Origin: Thermoplasmata archaeon
Lineage (GTDB): Archaea; Thermoplasmatota; Thermoplasmata; Lutacidiplasmatales; UBA184
NCBI GenBank assembly: GCA_021821785.1
Contig: JAKACD010000001.1
Location: forward strand, 125,495 to 189,494
Direction: 5' to 3'
DNA length: 64,000 bases
Position 1 is the stretch's first letter; each line of letters opens with the position of its first letter. Below, one piece after another: positions 8,033-17,835 of the stretch. The notes beneath the pieces are model-generated. The model was not told the DNA's origin. It saw only the letters and a program-made list of their open reading frames with translations, and made no database searches. Made by a program: the position numbers and the translations under genes.

Positions 8033-8778
8033 GCGATCCCCTCGGCGAGCTCGAGCATCCGGGGGGGCGGGACGAGCGAGGCCGTGAAGATCGGGGTCTC
8101 GATCAACGTGTAGCGGCTCGCCTCCGAGCCGCGGAGCGCCTCGACCAGGTCGAGGAAATCCCCGACCGAGTCGGTCTCGAACGCCAGGATGAACTCCGCG
8201 TCGTCGATCCCGAAGGAGTAGCCGGTGTGGATCTGGATGCGGGGGTACTTGTGGCCGATGCGGAAGTGCTCGCCCATGATCCGCCGTCGCTCCCCGAAGG
8301 GAAGGCCGTACCACTCGCGCTTCTTCACGAACGGGTAGACGACGAGGTACGGTAGGTCGTGCGGGCGTCGCCTAAGCTCGCTCCCTTCCTGCCCTTCGTG
8401 CTGATGGCCGCCGAGGTACTCGGAGCGACGGGCCATCCCAAGGTAGGAGTGGGCCGTATCGAGGTAACCGCCCATCGGGGTACCGAAGAGTCGGGCGTGG
8501 AACTCCTGGAGGACCTCGAGCCGGGGGGAGATCAGCCAGAGCAGCATTTCCGCCTCGGCCCTCGTGCCCGCGAGCGAGTAGGTGCGAACGATGAGATCGG
8601 CCGGCGGGTGCTCGAGCACCGCCCGCATCGCGTCGCGCCCCGCGGCCCGTTCGCTCGCCGGAAGGCGCCGCCACTCCGGTCGCAGGTGGAGCAGAGTGTA
8701 CTTGATGAAATCCCGCGGCTCGGCGGCCGTCTCGGTCGCCGGTGGGTCGGCCTCGCTCACGGTTTCCCCCGGTCCCAC
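8029..8778 (-). CDS. hemQ: chlorite-dismutase-family coproheme decarboxylase (HemQ/ChdC)
   Basis: Contains [65 protein letters not shown]. There are two GTG start options, 8778 or 8760. The 8760 option forms a GTGA overlap with the hemB stop. Confidence 0.88.
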   Translation of the reverse strand: MGPGETVSEADPPATETAAEPRDFIKYTLLHLRPEWRRLPASERAAGRDAMRAVLEHPPADLIVRTYSLAGTRAEAEMLLWLISPRLEVLQEFHARLFGTPMGGYLDTAHSYLGMARRSEYLGGHQHEGQEGSELRRRPHDLPYLVVYPFVKKREWYGLPFGERRRIMGEHFRIGHKYPRIQIHTGYSFGIDDAEFILAFETDSVGDFLDLVEALRGSEASRYTLIETPIFTASLVPPPRMLELAEGIA

Positions 8779-9749
8779 GCGGCGAGGGTCCGGGCGTAGT
8801 AGGTCAGGATCAGGTCGGCCCCGGCGCGGTGAATCGCGCCGAGCGACTCCCGGACCACGGCCTCCTCGTCGATCCAGCCGCGCGCGGCGGCCGCCTTGAT
8901 CATCGCGTACTCGCCGCTCACCTGGTAGGCCGCGAGCGGAGCGTCAAAGCGCGCGCGCGCCCGGGCGAGGATGTCGAGCGACGGGAGCGCCGGCTTTACC
9001 ATCGCGATATCCGCCCCCTCCTCGAGATCGAGCGCGATCTCCCGCAACGCCTCGCGCGCGTTGCGGGGATCCATCTGGTAGCCCCGACGGTCCCCGACCG
9101 ACGGCGCGGAATCGGCGGCCTCCCGGAACGGTCCGTAGTACGAGGAGGCGTACTTCGCCGCATAGGCCAGCACCGCGGTCCCGAAGAGCCCCTCGGCGTC
9201 CAGCGCGGCCCGGATCGCTGCGACCTGATGGTCCATCATCGCGCTCGGCGCGACGACGTCGGCTCCGGCGCGGGCGTGGACGAGCGCCATCCGGGCGAGC
9301 AGCGGCAGCGTAGCGTCGTTGTCGACGGCCCCGTCGCGAAGGACCCCGCAGTGGCCGTGCGAGGTGTAGGCGCACAGGCAGACATCGGTCACCACGATCC
9401 CATCGGGTCGGGCCTCCTTCGTGCCCCGGATCGCGCGGGGCACGGCGCCTGCGGGAGAGACGGCCTCGCGCCCGAGCGGATCCTTGTGCCGAGGAAGGCC
9501 GAAGAAGAGGACGGCGCCGAGACCGTCGTCGATCGCCGCGGTGGCCTCGCGGACCGCGTCGTCCACCGACCAGCGCATCACCCCGGGAAGGGAGGGAACG
9601 GCCTCCGGAGGGCCTCGCCCCGGGCGAACGAAGATCGGGTAGATCAGCTGACGCAAGGAGAGGCGGGACTCGGCGACCCACTCTCGCAGGGCCGCGCTGC
9701 GTCGTAGGCGTCGGGGACGAACGGGGTTCGCCGAGCGCTTAGCGGGCAT
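8757..9749 (-). CDS. hemB: porphobilinogen synthase (delta-aminolevulinate dehydratase)
   Basis: 330 aa with an ATG start. Contains [10 protein letters not shown], the [14 protein letters not shown] region, the active-site context MVKPALP, and YQVSGEYAM. Confidence 0.95.
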   Translation of the reverse strand: MPAKRSANPVRPRRLRRSAALREWVAESRLSLRQLIYPIFVRPGRGPPEAVPSLPGVMRWSVDDAVREATAAIDDGLGAVLFFGLPRHKDPLGREAVSPAGAVPRAIRGTKEARPDGIVVTDVCLCAYTSHGHCGVLRDGAVDNDATLPLLARMALVHARAGADVVAPSAMMDHQVAAIRAALDAEGLFGTAVLAYAAKYASSYYGPFREAADSAPSVGDRRGYQMDPRNAREALREIALDLEEGADIAMVKPALPSLDILARARARFDAPLAAYQVSGEYAMIKAAAARGWIDEEAVVRESLGAIHRAGADLILTYYARTLAAWDRGKP

Positions 9750-10515
9750 CCGACGTCACCTCCTGCTCCAGAAAACGAGCCACGGCCGCTTCTCGGATCG
9801 ACGGGACCACGCGGACCGCGCGGAACCCGTGCCCCCGCGCCGCTCGCGCGCTCGTCGCACCCAGGACCACCAGCACCCCGCGCCGACGAAGTCGGTCGAA
9901 CTCGACGGAACCGAGGCTCTGTCGAAGCGAAGAGAGGGCGGACGGGCTCGTCACGAGCACTCGGTCGGCCGACCGAACCCGGTCGGCTGTCGCGCGACCC
10001 GGGCGGCGGATCGGTCGGACATGGTAGGCGACCAGATCGAGGACGGTGTGTCCGGCGCGCGCGAGCTCCTGCGCCACCGACGGACCGGCCCGGTCGGAGC
10101 GAGGGTAGACGATGCGTAGGGGAGGTCGGGCGACGAACCGCGCGGCGGCCGAACGTCCGGCACCGGCCGAGGCGCGCCATCGCGCGGACACCCCGGAGGC
10201 CCGCAGCGCGCGCGCGGTCTGGGGGCCCGCCGCGACGACCCGGGGGGCGTTTCGCGTCCCGGGCGTCTGGGAAAGGAGCCCTGCCCCGGCCATCACCCGC
10301 ACCGCCTCCGGGCTAGTAAGGAAGAGGAGGTCGTACGGGCCGAACCGGGCGAGCGACTGGCGCAACCGATTCCGAGCGACGGGATCATACTGGAAGGCCA
10401 GGATCCGGTCCACCCGGATCCCGCGGCGCGCGAGAGCCCTCTCCGCGCCCAAGAGCGTTTCGGCCCCCCCGACGAGAGCGATCCGCCCGACTGTTCGGCG
10501 TAGCGCGGTCCGCAT
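9739..10515 (-). CDS. hemD: uroporphyrinogen-III synthase
   Basis: 258 aa sitting between hemC and hemB. It has a two-lobe HEM4-like pattern ([11 protein letters not shown] ... VLVTSPSAL). Its 3' end overlaps the hemB start by 11 nt. Confidence 0.8.
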   Translation of the reverse strand: MRTALRRTVGRIALVGGAETLLGAERALARRGIRVDRILAFQYDPVARNRLRQSLARFGPYDLLFLTSPEAVRVMAGAGLLSQTPGTRNAPRVVAAGPQTARALRASGVSARWRASAGAGRSAAARFVARPPLRIVYPRSDRAGPSVAQELARAGHTVLDLVAYHVRPIRRPGRATADRVRSADRVLVTSPSALSSLRQSLGSVEFDRLRRRGVLVVLGATSARAARGHGFRAVRVVPSIREAAVARFLEQEVTSDAR

Positions 10516-10518
10516 CCG

Positions 10519-11430
10519 TCACCCCCCGCGGGCTTCGTGCAGGAGCGTGCGACCGCCGGCGCGCAGGACCCCTGTAGCGAGGCCGAGACCGATCGCGCGG
10601 GCGGAATTCGGGGCTCCCCGTCGGGCGCCCGCGACCGTGCGCTGACCGTTCGCCGAGAGCAGCTCGGCCCGCAACCAGAGCCGCCCCGCGCGGACGGTCG
10701 CGACGGCCCCGAGCGGAGTATCGCAGTCCCCCCCGACGCCCTCGACGAAGCTCCGCTCGGCAGTCACCGCCGCCCGCGTCCGCGGGTCGTCGAGCTCGGC
10801 GACCTTCCGCCCGAGGGCGCGGTCCGACGCACGGACCGCCACCGCGATCGCCCCTTGGCCGGGCGCGGGAAGGAACCGAGCCACGGAAAGCACTTCGGTC
10901 ACCGCATCGGCCCGTCCCAGGCGGCGGAGGCCGGCGACGGCGAGGACCGCTCCCTCGATCTCTCCCGACTGAACGCGGGCGAGCCGGGTGTCGACGTTCC
11001 CGCGCAGCTCGACGAGCTCGAGGTCGGGCCGGGCCCGACGGAGCTGCGCTCGGCGCCGGGGGCTGCTCGACCCGAGGCGGGTCCCCGGCGGGAGGGACGC
11101 GAGCGTCCCCCGGGTGCGGAGCACGAGCGCATCGCGGGGATCGGCCCGGGGCAGGAACGCGGCGAGCCGGACTCCCCTCGAAGCGACGGCCGGGAGGTCC
11201 TTGGCGCTGTGGACCGCAAGGTCGACCTCTCCGGCGACGAGCGCCCGATCGATCGCGTCCGTGAAATCGAGGTCCGTGGCCCGGTCCTGCACGCGATCGC
11301 CCTGGGTGACGATCGGCACCACGCGGACGTCGATCTTCGGCCTCCGCCGGCCGAGGGCGGCCCGCACCAGCTCGGCCTGGACGCGGGCGAGCGCGCTGCC
11401 CCGCGTGCCGAGGCGGATCGTCTCGGTCAC
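10519..11430 (-). CDS. hemC: hydroxymethylbilane synthase (porphobilinogen deaminase)
   Basis: The start was trimmed to the GTG at 11430, a GTGA overlap with the hemA stop. Contains IRLGTRGSALARVQAELV, VPIVTQGD, DLAVHSAKDLP, LRGNVDTRL and GGDCDTPLGA (cofactor Cys). Confidence 0.9.
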   Translation of the reverse strand: MTETIRLGTRGSALARVQAELVRAALGRRRPKIDVRVVPIVTQGDRVQDRATDLDFTDAIDRALVAGEVDLAVHSAKDLPAVASRGVRLAAFLPRADPRDALVLRTRGTLASLPPGTRLGSSSPRRRAQLRRARPDLELVELRGNVDTRLARVQSGEIEGAVLAVAGLRRLGRADAVTEVLSVARFLPAPGQGAIAVAVRASDRALGRKVAELDDPRTRAAVTAERSFVEGVGGDCDTPLGAVATVRAGRLWLRAELLSANGQRTVAGARRGAPNSARAIGLGLATGVLRAGGRTLLHEARGG

Positions 11431-12722
11431 GACTTCGGCGTGCGGGCGCTGAGGAGCTCCCAGGCCCACCGGCGTCGTTCGTCTCCTTCGGCCCCCGGCG
11501 GGATCGCTCGGAGCCCGGCCGTCGGACCGGCCAGGAGACGCGAGGTGAGACGGCGGGTGAGACGGTCGACGGCCTCCCATTCCTCGGGCGAGAGCGTGCC
11601 CAGGGAGGAGCGCGCCGCTTCGAGGAGGGATTGGCGCTCCGCCTCCGCGCCTCGGCGGAACGAATCGACCCACGCTTCGAAGCCGGCCCGGGCGACCGCC
11701 TCCGCGGCCAGCGGGGCCTGTTCCTCGATCCGCTCTTCAAGCTCGGGCGGCGCCGGTGCCGCGGAGCGGCCGCGCAGCCCCTCGAGGTCGACCAGCTGGA
11801 GCGCCGGGTGCCCCCGGAGCGCGGGGTCGACGTTGCGGGGGAGTCCCAGGTCGATGACCACGAGAGGTCGGGAGCGGGGCCCGAGTTCGGCCGGCCCCAA
11901 GATGCGACCGGCCGTCTTCACGGCGGTCACGACCACGTCGGCGAGGGCGACCTCCTCACCCAGGCTCTGCCACGGGACGGCCCGGGCGGCGGAGGCCCGG
12001 AGGAAGCCGGCGTCGGGCGGCCGGTTGCGGTAGACGATTGTGACCCGGCCGTACGGCGCGAGGTGTTCGGCGACCGCTCGGCCGACGATGCCGCTCCCGA
12101 CCACGAGGATGCGAGGGAAGGGGGCGGCCACCTCCTCGAGCACGCGGGCGGCAGCCAACGCCGCGATCGAGCGGCTCTTCGGGACCCGGGGAAGGGTCTC
12201 CTCGGCGACCCGGACGGCTTCGAGCAGGAGCGGGCGAAGGAGCGGCCGGGGGGATCGGCTCTGAACGCGGGACGCCGCGGCGCGGACCTGCTCGCGCACT
12301 TCCCGCTCCCCGAGCGCGGTCGACTCGAGCCCGGCCGCGACCCGGAACAGGTGCCGCACGGCCCCCTCCGCCACATGGGTTCTCCATTCGACCGGGGCCC
12401 CGATCTCCCGGTCCACCGCGGCCCGGACCCGGGCCGGCGATGCGGTCCAGCAGAACAGCTCGAAGCGGTGGCACGTCCGAAGGACCGCGAGCTCCCCCAA
12501 CTCCTCGGTCCGGGCGAAGAGCGCGAGGAGCTCCGCTGACGGGAGCCGGCGGTCGAGCGCTTCCAGCGTGTCGAGGGTGGAGGTCGCGAGGGAGCACTCG
12601 AGAGCGAAGAGGCCGGGTCGCTCGGGTGGCGCGGAGAGGGCGGCGGCCGTGTCCGGGACGGGCACGGATGTCTCCGGCCGGAGGCGGGTCTTGGCAGAGC
12701 CCGATGGGTCCCGGGACGGCAT
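11427..12722 (-). CDS. hemA: glutamyl-tRNA reductase
   Basis: The start was trimmed to the ATG at 12722. Contains LAVLRTCHRFELF (catalytic Cys), ESTALGEREV, and an NADPH fold ILVVGSGIVGRAVAEHL. A TATA-like box lies 30-36 nt upstream. Confidence 0.9.
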   Translation of the reverse strand: MPSRDPSGSAKTRLRPETSVPVPDTAAALSAPPERPGLFALECSLATSTLDTLEALDRRLPSAELLALFARTEELGELAVLRTCHRFELFCWTASPARVRAAVDREIGAPVEWRTHVAEGAVRHLFRVAAGLESTALGEREVREQVRAAASRVQSRSPRPLLRPLLLEAVRVAEETLPRVPKSRSIAALAAARVLEEVAAPFPRILVVGSGIVGRAVAEHLAPYGRVTIVYRNRPPDAGFLRASAARAVPWQSLGEEVALADVVVTAVKTAGRILGPAELGPRSRPLVVIDLGLPRNVDPALRGHPALQLVDLEGLRGRSAAPAPPELEERIEEQAPLAAEAVARAGFEAWVDSFRRGAEAERQSLLEAARSSLGTLSPEEWEAVDRLTRRLTSRLLAGPTAGLRAIPPGAEGDERRRWAWELLSARTPKS

Positions 12723-12751
12723 AGAGTAAGGGTCGGACGACCCCGTGGTGC

Positions 12752-12758
12752 ATTTAAT
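12752..12758 (-). promoter_or_regulatory. TATA-like box for the hemA operon
   Basis: ATTAAAT on the minus strand, 30-36 nt upstream of the hemA ATG. It lies inside the AT-rich divergent intergenic region 12723-12894. Confidence 0.4.
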
Positions 12759-12894
12759 CTCGTCAGTACGTACTATACTTTTCGGACTGACGCGCGTTTC
12801 CCGCCCCCGGAGCGCCGGTGGGGTTCGCTCCTTCCGGCGTGACCACTCCCATAGGTTCTTCGGGCCTCGCGGGGTGCTCCGGCGACCGAGGAAG

Positions 12895-13866
12895 ATGCGC
12901 ACGCTCCTCCTGAACGGCTCGTTGGTTCGACAGCTCCTGGGCTATCCAGAATGCATCGACCAGATGGAGCTCGCGCTCGGGACGCTGGCCCGAGGGGATG
13001 CGGTGCAACCGCTGCGCCAGGTCCTCGCCGTTCCGAACCGGCCCACGTTCCTCGTGACAATGCCCGGCTGGTCCGGCCGCCCCGAGATCCTCGGGATCAA
13101 AGTGCTGTCGGTGGTGCCCGAGAACCGCGGGCCCGAGGGGCCCAGCCATCAGGGGTTCGTCGCCCTCTTCGATGTGGACCACGGCGCTCCGGTCGCCCTC
13201 GTCGACGCGAGCGCGCTCACCGAGATCCGAACCGCCGCCGTGAGCGCCCTCGCCACGCGGCTCTTGTCCCGGGAGGATGCGCGGACGCTCACGATCGTCG
13301 GGACGGGCCTCCAGGCCGGGGCTCATGCCCGTGCGATCCCCCGGGTCCGCTCGATCGAGCGCCTGCTCCTGTGGGGTCGGCGTCCCGAGCAGGCCCAGGC
13401 CCTCGCCGCCCAGCTTGGCCCGATGGCGGAGGTCGCCACCGACCTCGAGGCGGCGGTCCGCTCGGCCGACATCCTCTGCACCACGACCGCGAGCCGCGTT
13501 CCGCTGGTGGACGGCGCCTGGCTGAAGCGCGGGGCCCATGTGAATGCGGTGGGGGCCGCGGCCCCGGGGTTCCGGGAGCTTACCCCCTCGGCGGTCCGAG
13601 CCTGCCGTACGTTCGTCGACCGACGGGAATCCGCCTGGGCGGAGGCCGACGAGCTGCGGATCCCCCGGGCCGAGGGTACGATCGGAACCGACCATGTGGT
13701 CGGGGAGTTGGGGGAGGTCCTCCTAGGGTCGGTCCTGGGTCGTCGCGCCCCCCGCGAGATCACGTTGTTCAAGTCGGTCGGGCTGGCCATCGAGGACCTG
13801 TTCGCGGCACGGAGGGTCTACGAACGTGCGGTCGAGGCCGGCGCCGGGCAGTCGGTCGAGCTCTGA
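12895..13866 (+). CDS. ornithine cyclodeaminase / mu-crystallin family protein
   Basis: The start was trimmed to the ATG at 12895 (MRTLLLNGSLVRQLL). Contains an NAD fold LTIVGTGLQAGAHA, then TTTASRVPLVDGAWLKRGAHVNAVGA and TLFKSVGLAIEDL. Confidence 0.85.
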   Translation: MRTLLLNGSLVRQLLGYPECIDQMELALGTLARGDAVQPLRQVLAVPNRPTFLVTMPGWSGRPEILGIKVLSVVPENRGPEGPSHQGFVALFDVDHGAPVALVDASALTEIRTAAVSALATRLLSREDARTLTIVGTGLQAGAHARAIPRVRSIERLLLWGRRPEQAQALAAQLGPMAEVATDLEAAVRSADILCTTTASRVPLVDGAWLKRGAHVNAVGAAAPGFRELTPSAVRACRTFVDRRESAWAEADELRIPRAEGTIGTDHVVGELGEVLLGSVLGRRAPREITLFKSVGLAIEDLFAARRVYERAVEAGAGQSVEL

Positions 13867-13975
13867 GATTCAGCGCGCGACCTCGCGCCCGGGTCGCCCC
13901 CGCGCGACCTGGTTACCCGGCGCCCCCGGCGGCCTTAAGTTACGCAGGTACATTGACTAACCCAAGGTTACGGAA

Positions 13976-14851
13976 ATGACCGACCCCGTCCGCTCGATAG
14001 TGCACCGGTTTCCCGGCGTCCCGACGCTCGAGGGCGCGGGGGTTCGCCTGCGCCGTTCGTTCTCGAACAACGAGGTCCCGCTGTTCGATCCGTTCCTCCT
14101 CCTCGATCGCTTCGGCTCCTCGAACCCCGAGGATTACCTCGCCGGCTTCCCCTGGCATCCGCACCGCGGGATCGAGACCGTGACGTATGTGCTGGACGGC
14201 GAGGTCGCCCACGGGGACACCCTCGGGAACTCGGGCGTGATCCGCGCGGGGGACGTCCAGTGGATGAACTCGGGGAGCGGCATTATTCATCAGGAGATGC
14301 CCCAACGGACCGACCGGTCCCTCTCGGGGTTCCAACTTTGGGTCAACCTCCCGGCGCGGGAGAAGATGAGCGTCCCGGCGTACCGGGGGCTCACCGCTCA
14401 CGACATCCCCGAGGTCACGACCGACACGGGCGACCGGGTCAAGATCGTCGCGGGCTCCTACGGCTCGGTCGAGGGGCCGGTTCGGGGCATCCCCGTCGAT
14501 CCTACCTACCTCGATGTCCGCGTGCCGCCCGGAGGAACCTTCGTGCAGCCGACCCCCCCGGGGTTCACGGTCTTCGCCCACACGGTCGACGGGAGCGGGA
14601 CGTTCGAGGGGCATGACCGCGGCCCGATTGCCCCCGGTGAGACGGTCCTCTTTGGTGCCGGCGACGAGGTCCGGCTGCATGCGTCGGAGGCGGGGGCGCG
14701 CTTCCTCCTCGTCTCGGGGCGACCCCTGCACGAGCCGGTCGCCTGGTACGGGCCGATCGTGATGAATCGCCGAGACGAGCTACTTCAGGCGATGCGGGAG
14801 CTCGAGCACGGCGACTTCCTAAAGCACCCGCGACCGATCATCGAGGAGTGA
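13976..14851 (+). CDS. pirin family protein
   Basis: 291 aa. It has a cupin metal site, GFPWHPHRGIETVTYVLDGEVAHGD, and a second cupin half. Confidence 0.9.
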   Translation: MTDPVRSIVHRFPGVPTLEGAGVRLRRSFSNNEVPLFDPFLLLDRFGSSNPEDYLAGFPWHPHRGIETVTYVLDGEVAHGDTLGNSGVIRAGDVQWMNSGSGIIHQEMPQRTDRSLSGFQLWVNLPAREKMSVPAYRGLTAHDIPEVTTDTGDRVKIVAGSYGSVEGPVRGIPVDPTYLDVRVPPGGTFVQPTPPGFTVFAHTVDGSGTFEGHDRGPIAPGETVLFGAGDEVRLHASEAGARFLLVSGRPLHEPVAWYGPIVMNRRDELLQAMRELEHGDFLKHPRPIIEE

Positions 14852-15881
14852 CGGGCACGGCCCGGAGCTGGGTGAGCGCCCGCTCGAGGACCCGGATCGC
14901 GCGCCGGAGCTCCGCCGCGGAGAGGACCTCCCGGTCGGTGTGGTCGAGGCGGGCGTTCCCCGGTCCGTAGGCGGCCGCCGGTACGCGCCAGGCCGGCACG
15001 GCCAGGTTCAGGTCCGATGTCCCGCCCTTCCGCCAGAGCATCGGACGCGCGCCGACCGCGCGGATACCGGCCACGAGAGCTCCCACGACCGGGTTGCTGC
15101 GCTCGAGCTCGATCGGCTCGACCCGCAGGCGCACCTCCAGGGACGGGCGGGTCGGCGCGGTCCGCAGTTCTCGAAGGAGCGCGCGCGTGGACAGCCCCGG
15201 AGGGAGGCGGAGATCGACCGTCACCCGGGCGACCTCGTCCCCGCCCGTGCGACGGCTCTCGAGGCCAACGACCTTCATCGTCAGCGAGCGGAACGGAGAT
15301 TCCCCCGTATGGCCCGCGACGAACGCGCGAAGGGCCTCGACCCACGCGAGCGCGAGGTCGGACGCGGTCGGGTCCGGGGAGGAGAAGTGGGAGCGCTTCG
15401 CCCGGAACTTCGCCGTGAGCTCGACCTCCCCCTTGTAGCCGATCGTCACCCCGTCCCAGCCGCTCGGCTCCCCCACGATTAGGTAGTCGGGTCCCCGGCC
15501 GTGGATCAGGTGGCGGGCGCCCCGACCGTCGGTCTCCTCCCCGACCGCGGCGACGACCCGGTACTCTCCCGGGCCGGGGTCCCCCCGGCCGGCGAGCAGC
15601 GCCGCAACGAGCGGCCCCTTCGCGTCGACGGCCCCCCGTCCGTACAGTCGCCCGCGGGTCCGGCGCACGGGCAGCTCGCCGTCCACGGTGTCGATGTGCC
15701 CGAGGAACATCACTCGCGGTCGGCCCCGCCCCCGGACCGCGATGCCGTTCCCCTGGGCGTCGAGGCGGGCCGAGTATCCGAGCGACCGGGCCAGGCGCAC
15801 GAACTCCCAGACGGCGGGCGTTTCGCGAAGAGAGGGACTGTACCGCCGGACGAGGCGCTCGAGCGTGTCGAGCTCATCCAC
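14838..15881 (-). CDS. lysK: [LysW]-lysine/ornithine hydrolase (M20 deacylase, ArgE/LysK type)
   Basis: 347 aa. Contains the M20 motifs MFLGHIDTV and GRGAVDAKGP. It is the last gene of the LysW cluster. Confidence 0.85.
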   Translation of the reverse strand: MDELDTLERLVRRYSPSLRETPAVWEFVRLARSLGYSARLDAQGNGIAVRGRGRPRVMFLGHIDTVDGELPVRRTRGRLYGRGAVDAKGPLVAALLAGRGDPGPGEYRVVAAVGEETDGRGARHLIHGRGPDYLIVGEPSGWDGVTIGYKGEVELTAKFRAKRSHFSSPDPTASDLALAWVEALRAFVAGHTGESPFRSLTMKVVGLESRRTGGDEVARVTVDLRLPPGLSTRALLRELRTAPTRPSLEVRLRVEPIELERSNPVVGALVAGIRAVGARPMLWRKGGTSDLNLAVPAWRVPAAAYGPGNARLDHTDREVLSAAELRRAIRVLERALTQLRAVPVTPR

Positions 15882-17034
15882 GGCCGACCACCTCCTCGAT
15901 GGCGGAGAGCCCGGCCGCGAACTCCTCGTCGCGGATGACGAGCGGCGGCAGGAGGCGGATCACGGTCGCTCCGGCGGGGATGGCGAGGAAGCCGCGCGAC
16001 TCGAGCGCCGCCAGGTACGGGGCGGCCTTCTCCCGGAGCTCGAGCCCGAGCATTAGCCCGAGGCCCCGGAGCTCCCGGGCGTGGTCCGGAACGAGCGACC
16101 GGAGTCGCTCGAGGCCCAGGGCACCGAGCCGGGCGGCCCGCTCCGCGAGGCGCTCGTCGACGGTCGCGGTGAGCGCCGCCAGCCCGGCCGCGCACGCAAG
16201 CGGGGAGCCCCCGAACGTCGAGTGGTGGCTCCCCCGGAAGCGCGTCGCCACCTCCTCCGTCGTGACGGTCGCTCCGATCGGGACCCCCCCCGCGAGCGAC
16301 TTCGCGAGCAGGAGGAGGTCCGGGACGATCCCCCAGTGCTCGAAGGCGAAGAGCCGACCGGTCCGCGCGATCCCCGTCTGGACCTCGTCGAAGGCGAGGA
16401 GCGCGCCCGTCCGCGTCGCCACGGCGCGAGCCGCCCGGAGGAACTCCGGCGTCGCGACGTGCACGCCCCCCTCGCCCTGGACCGGCTCGAGGAGGACGAG
16501 GGCGGTCGTATCGTCCACCGCCCGATCGAGCGCGGCCGCATCGTTGAACGGTACGTGGACGAAGCCGGGCACGAGCGGCTCGAACGGCTCCTTGAGCTCG
16601 CGGCGCCACGTCGCGCTGAGCGCGCCGAGCGTGCGGCCGTGGAATCCGCGCAGGGCGGCGACGACCTTCGTCCGTCCGGTCGCGCTGCGGGCGATCTTGA
16701 TCGCCGCCTCGACGGCCTCGGTGCCGGAGTTCGAGAGGAAGACCCGGGAGAACGAGCGGGGCAGCAGCGAGAGCAGCTTTTCGAGGAACGCCGTGCGGAT
16801 CGGGCTCGCGTATCCGCTCCCCAGGAAGAGGAGCGTTCTTGCCTGTTCCTCGATCGCCTTCACGACGGCCGGATGACAGGCCCCGAGGCTGCCCGCGCCG
16901 TGGCTCGCGCCGAGATCGATGTAGACCCGCCCGTGGTCGTCCCAGAGCCGGGCCCCTTCGCCCCGGACCAGGGTAAGCCGGCCGCCGTCCCGCAGGCCGA
17001 ACTCAGGGGTCAGGGAAGGGGCGGGCTCGCTCAT
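15874..17034 (-). CDS. lysJ: [LysW]-aminoadipate semialdehyde / acetylornithine-type aminotransferase
   Basis: 386 aa, class III PLP aminotransferase. Contains FLSNSGTEAVEAAIKIAR, LAFDEVQTGIARTG and LLLLAKSLAGGVPIG. Confidence 0.9.
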   Translation of the reverse strand: MSEPAPSLTPEFGLRDGGRLTLVRGEGARLWDDHGRVYIDLGASHGAGSLGACHPAVVKAIEEQARTLLFLGSGYASPIRTAFLEKLLSLLPRSFSRVFLSNSGTEAVEAAIKIARSATGRTKVVAALRGFHGRTLGALSATWRRELKEPFEPLVPGFVHVPFNDAAALDRAVDDTTALVLLEPVQGEGGVHVATPEFLRAARAVATRTGALLAFDEVQTGIARTGRLFAFEHWGIVPDLLLLAKSLAGGVPIGATVTTEEVATRFRGSHHSTFGGSPLACAAGLAALTATVDERLAERAARLGALGLERLRSLVPDHARELRGLGLMLGLELREKAAPYLAALESRGFLAIPAGATVIRLLPPLVIRDEEFAAGLSAIEEVVGRG

Positions 17035-17825
17035 TCGATCACCGTGCCCTCGCCGCGGAAGGCGCGCCCGACGGGGGCCGCCCCCGAGGAGGGAGCGATC
17101 ACGACCCGGGGCACTCCCCCTTCCAGCGCCTCGCGGGCCGCGAGGAGCTTCTTGCGCATGCGGCCCTGGGCGAGAGGGAGGGTGGCCTCCACTTCGGCCC
17201 GGGGTATCCGAGGGAGGACGCTCGTCGGATCGGCCAGGTCGCGAAGGAGCCCGGGCACGTTCGTGAGGAGGAGCAGCGCCTCCGCGCGAACGGCGATCGC
17301 CACCTGGGCCGCCGCCCGGTCGGCGTCGACGTTCACGACCTCGCCGCGATCGGTGATGGCCGGAGGGCCGACGACCGGCAGGAGACCGGCGCCGACGAGG
17401 AGCGAGAGCATCTCCCCGTTCACGCTCTCCACGCTGCCCGAAAGGTCGTCGGCGAGGCGAACGACCCGGCCCTCGACCACCGCCCGCGCGCCTTCCTTGC
17501 GTCGGGCGCGGAGGAGTCCGCCGTCGACCCCCGAGAGCCCCACCGCCTTTCGGCCGTGCCGGGCGAGGCCCGCGACGAGCGCGGTCTGGACCGTACCGGC
17601 CAGCGCGAGGACCACGACCTCGAGATGCGCCGGGTCGCTGCGCCGGGAGACGACCCCGCTCGGTGAAGTGTAGTACTCCGAGGGGCGGCCGAGCGCCTTC
17701 CCGAGGCGGTCGACCTCGGCCGAGCCTCCGTGCACCAGCACGACGTCCGGTCGGGGCGCGAGGTCGGCCAGGACCGGCTCGACCGCGTTGCCGAGCGCTC
17801 CGCCCACCTTGACCACGATCGTCAT
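17031..17825 (-). CDS. lysZ: [LysW]-aminoadipate/glutamate kinase (ArgB family)
   Basis: 264 aa, amino-acid kinase fold (IVVKVGGA, VLVHGGS). An ATGA overlap joins it to the downstream lysJ. Confidence 0.9.
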   Translation of the reverse strand: MTIVVKVGGALGNAVEPVLADLAPRPDVVLVHGGSAEVDRLGKALGRPSEYYTSPSGVVSRRSDPAHLEVVVLALAGTVQTALVAGLARHGRKAVGLSGVDGGLLRARRKEGARAVVEGRVVRLADDLSGSVESVNGEMLSLLVGAGLLPVVGPPAITDRGEVVNVDADRAAAQVAIAVRAEALLLLTNVPGLLRDLADPTSVLPRIPRAEVEATLPLAQGRMRKKLLAAREALEGGVPRVVIAPSSGAAPVGRAFRGEGTVIE

Positions 17826-17835
17826 CGACCCTGCC

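Noticed and set aside
6719-8314. N-terminal extensions offered by the ORF track for hemL (531 aa), hemC (384 aa), hemA (491 aa), the OCD gene, ileS, GGR, the ABC ATPase, the debranching enzyme, trmI and rpoK.
   Set aside because: The extensions overlap the upstream gene, are low complexity, and precede the family's conserved N-terminal motif. Internal starts give ATGA/GTGA coupling or a TATA box at 25-35 nt.
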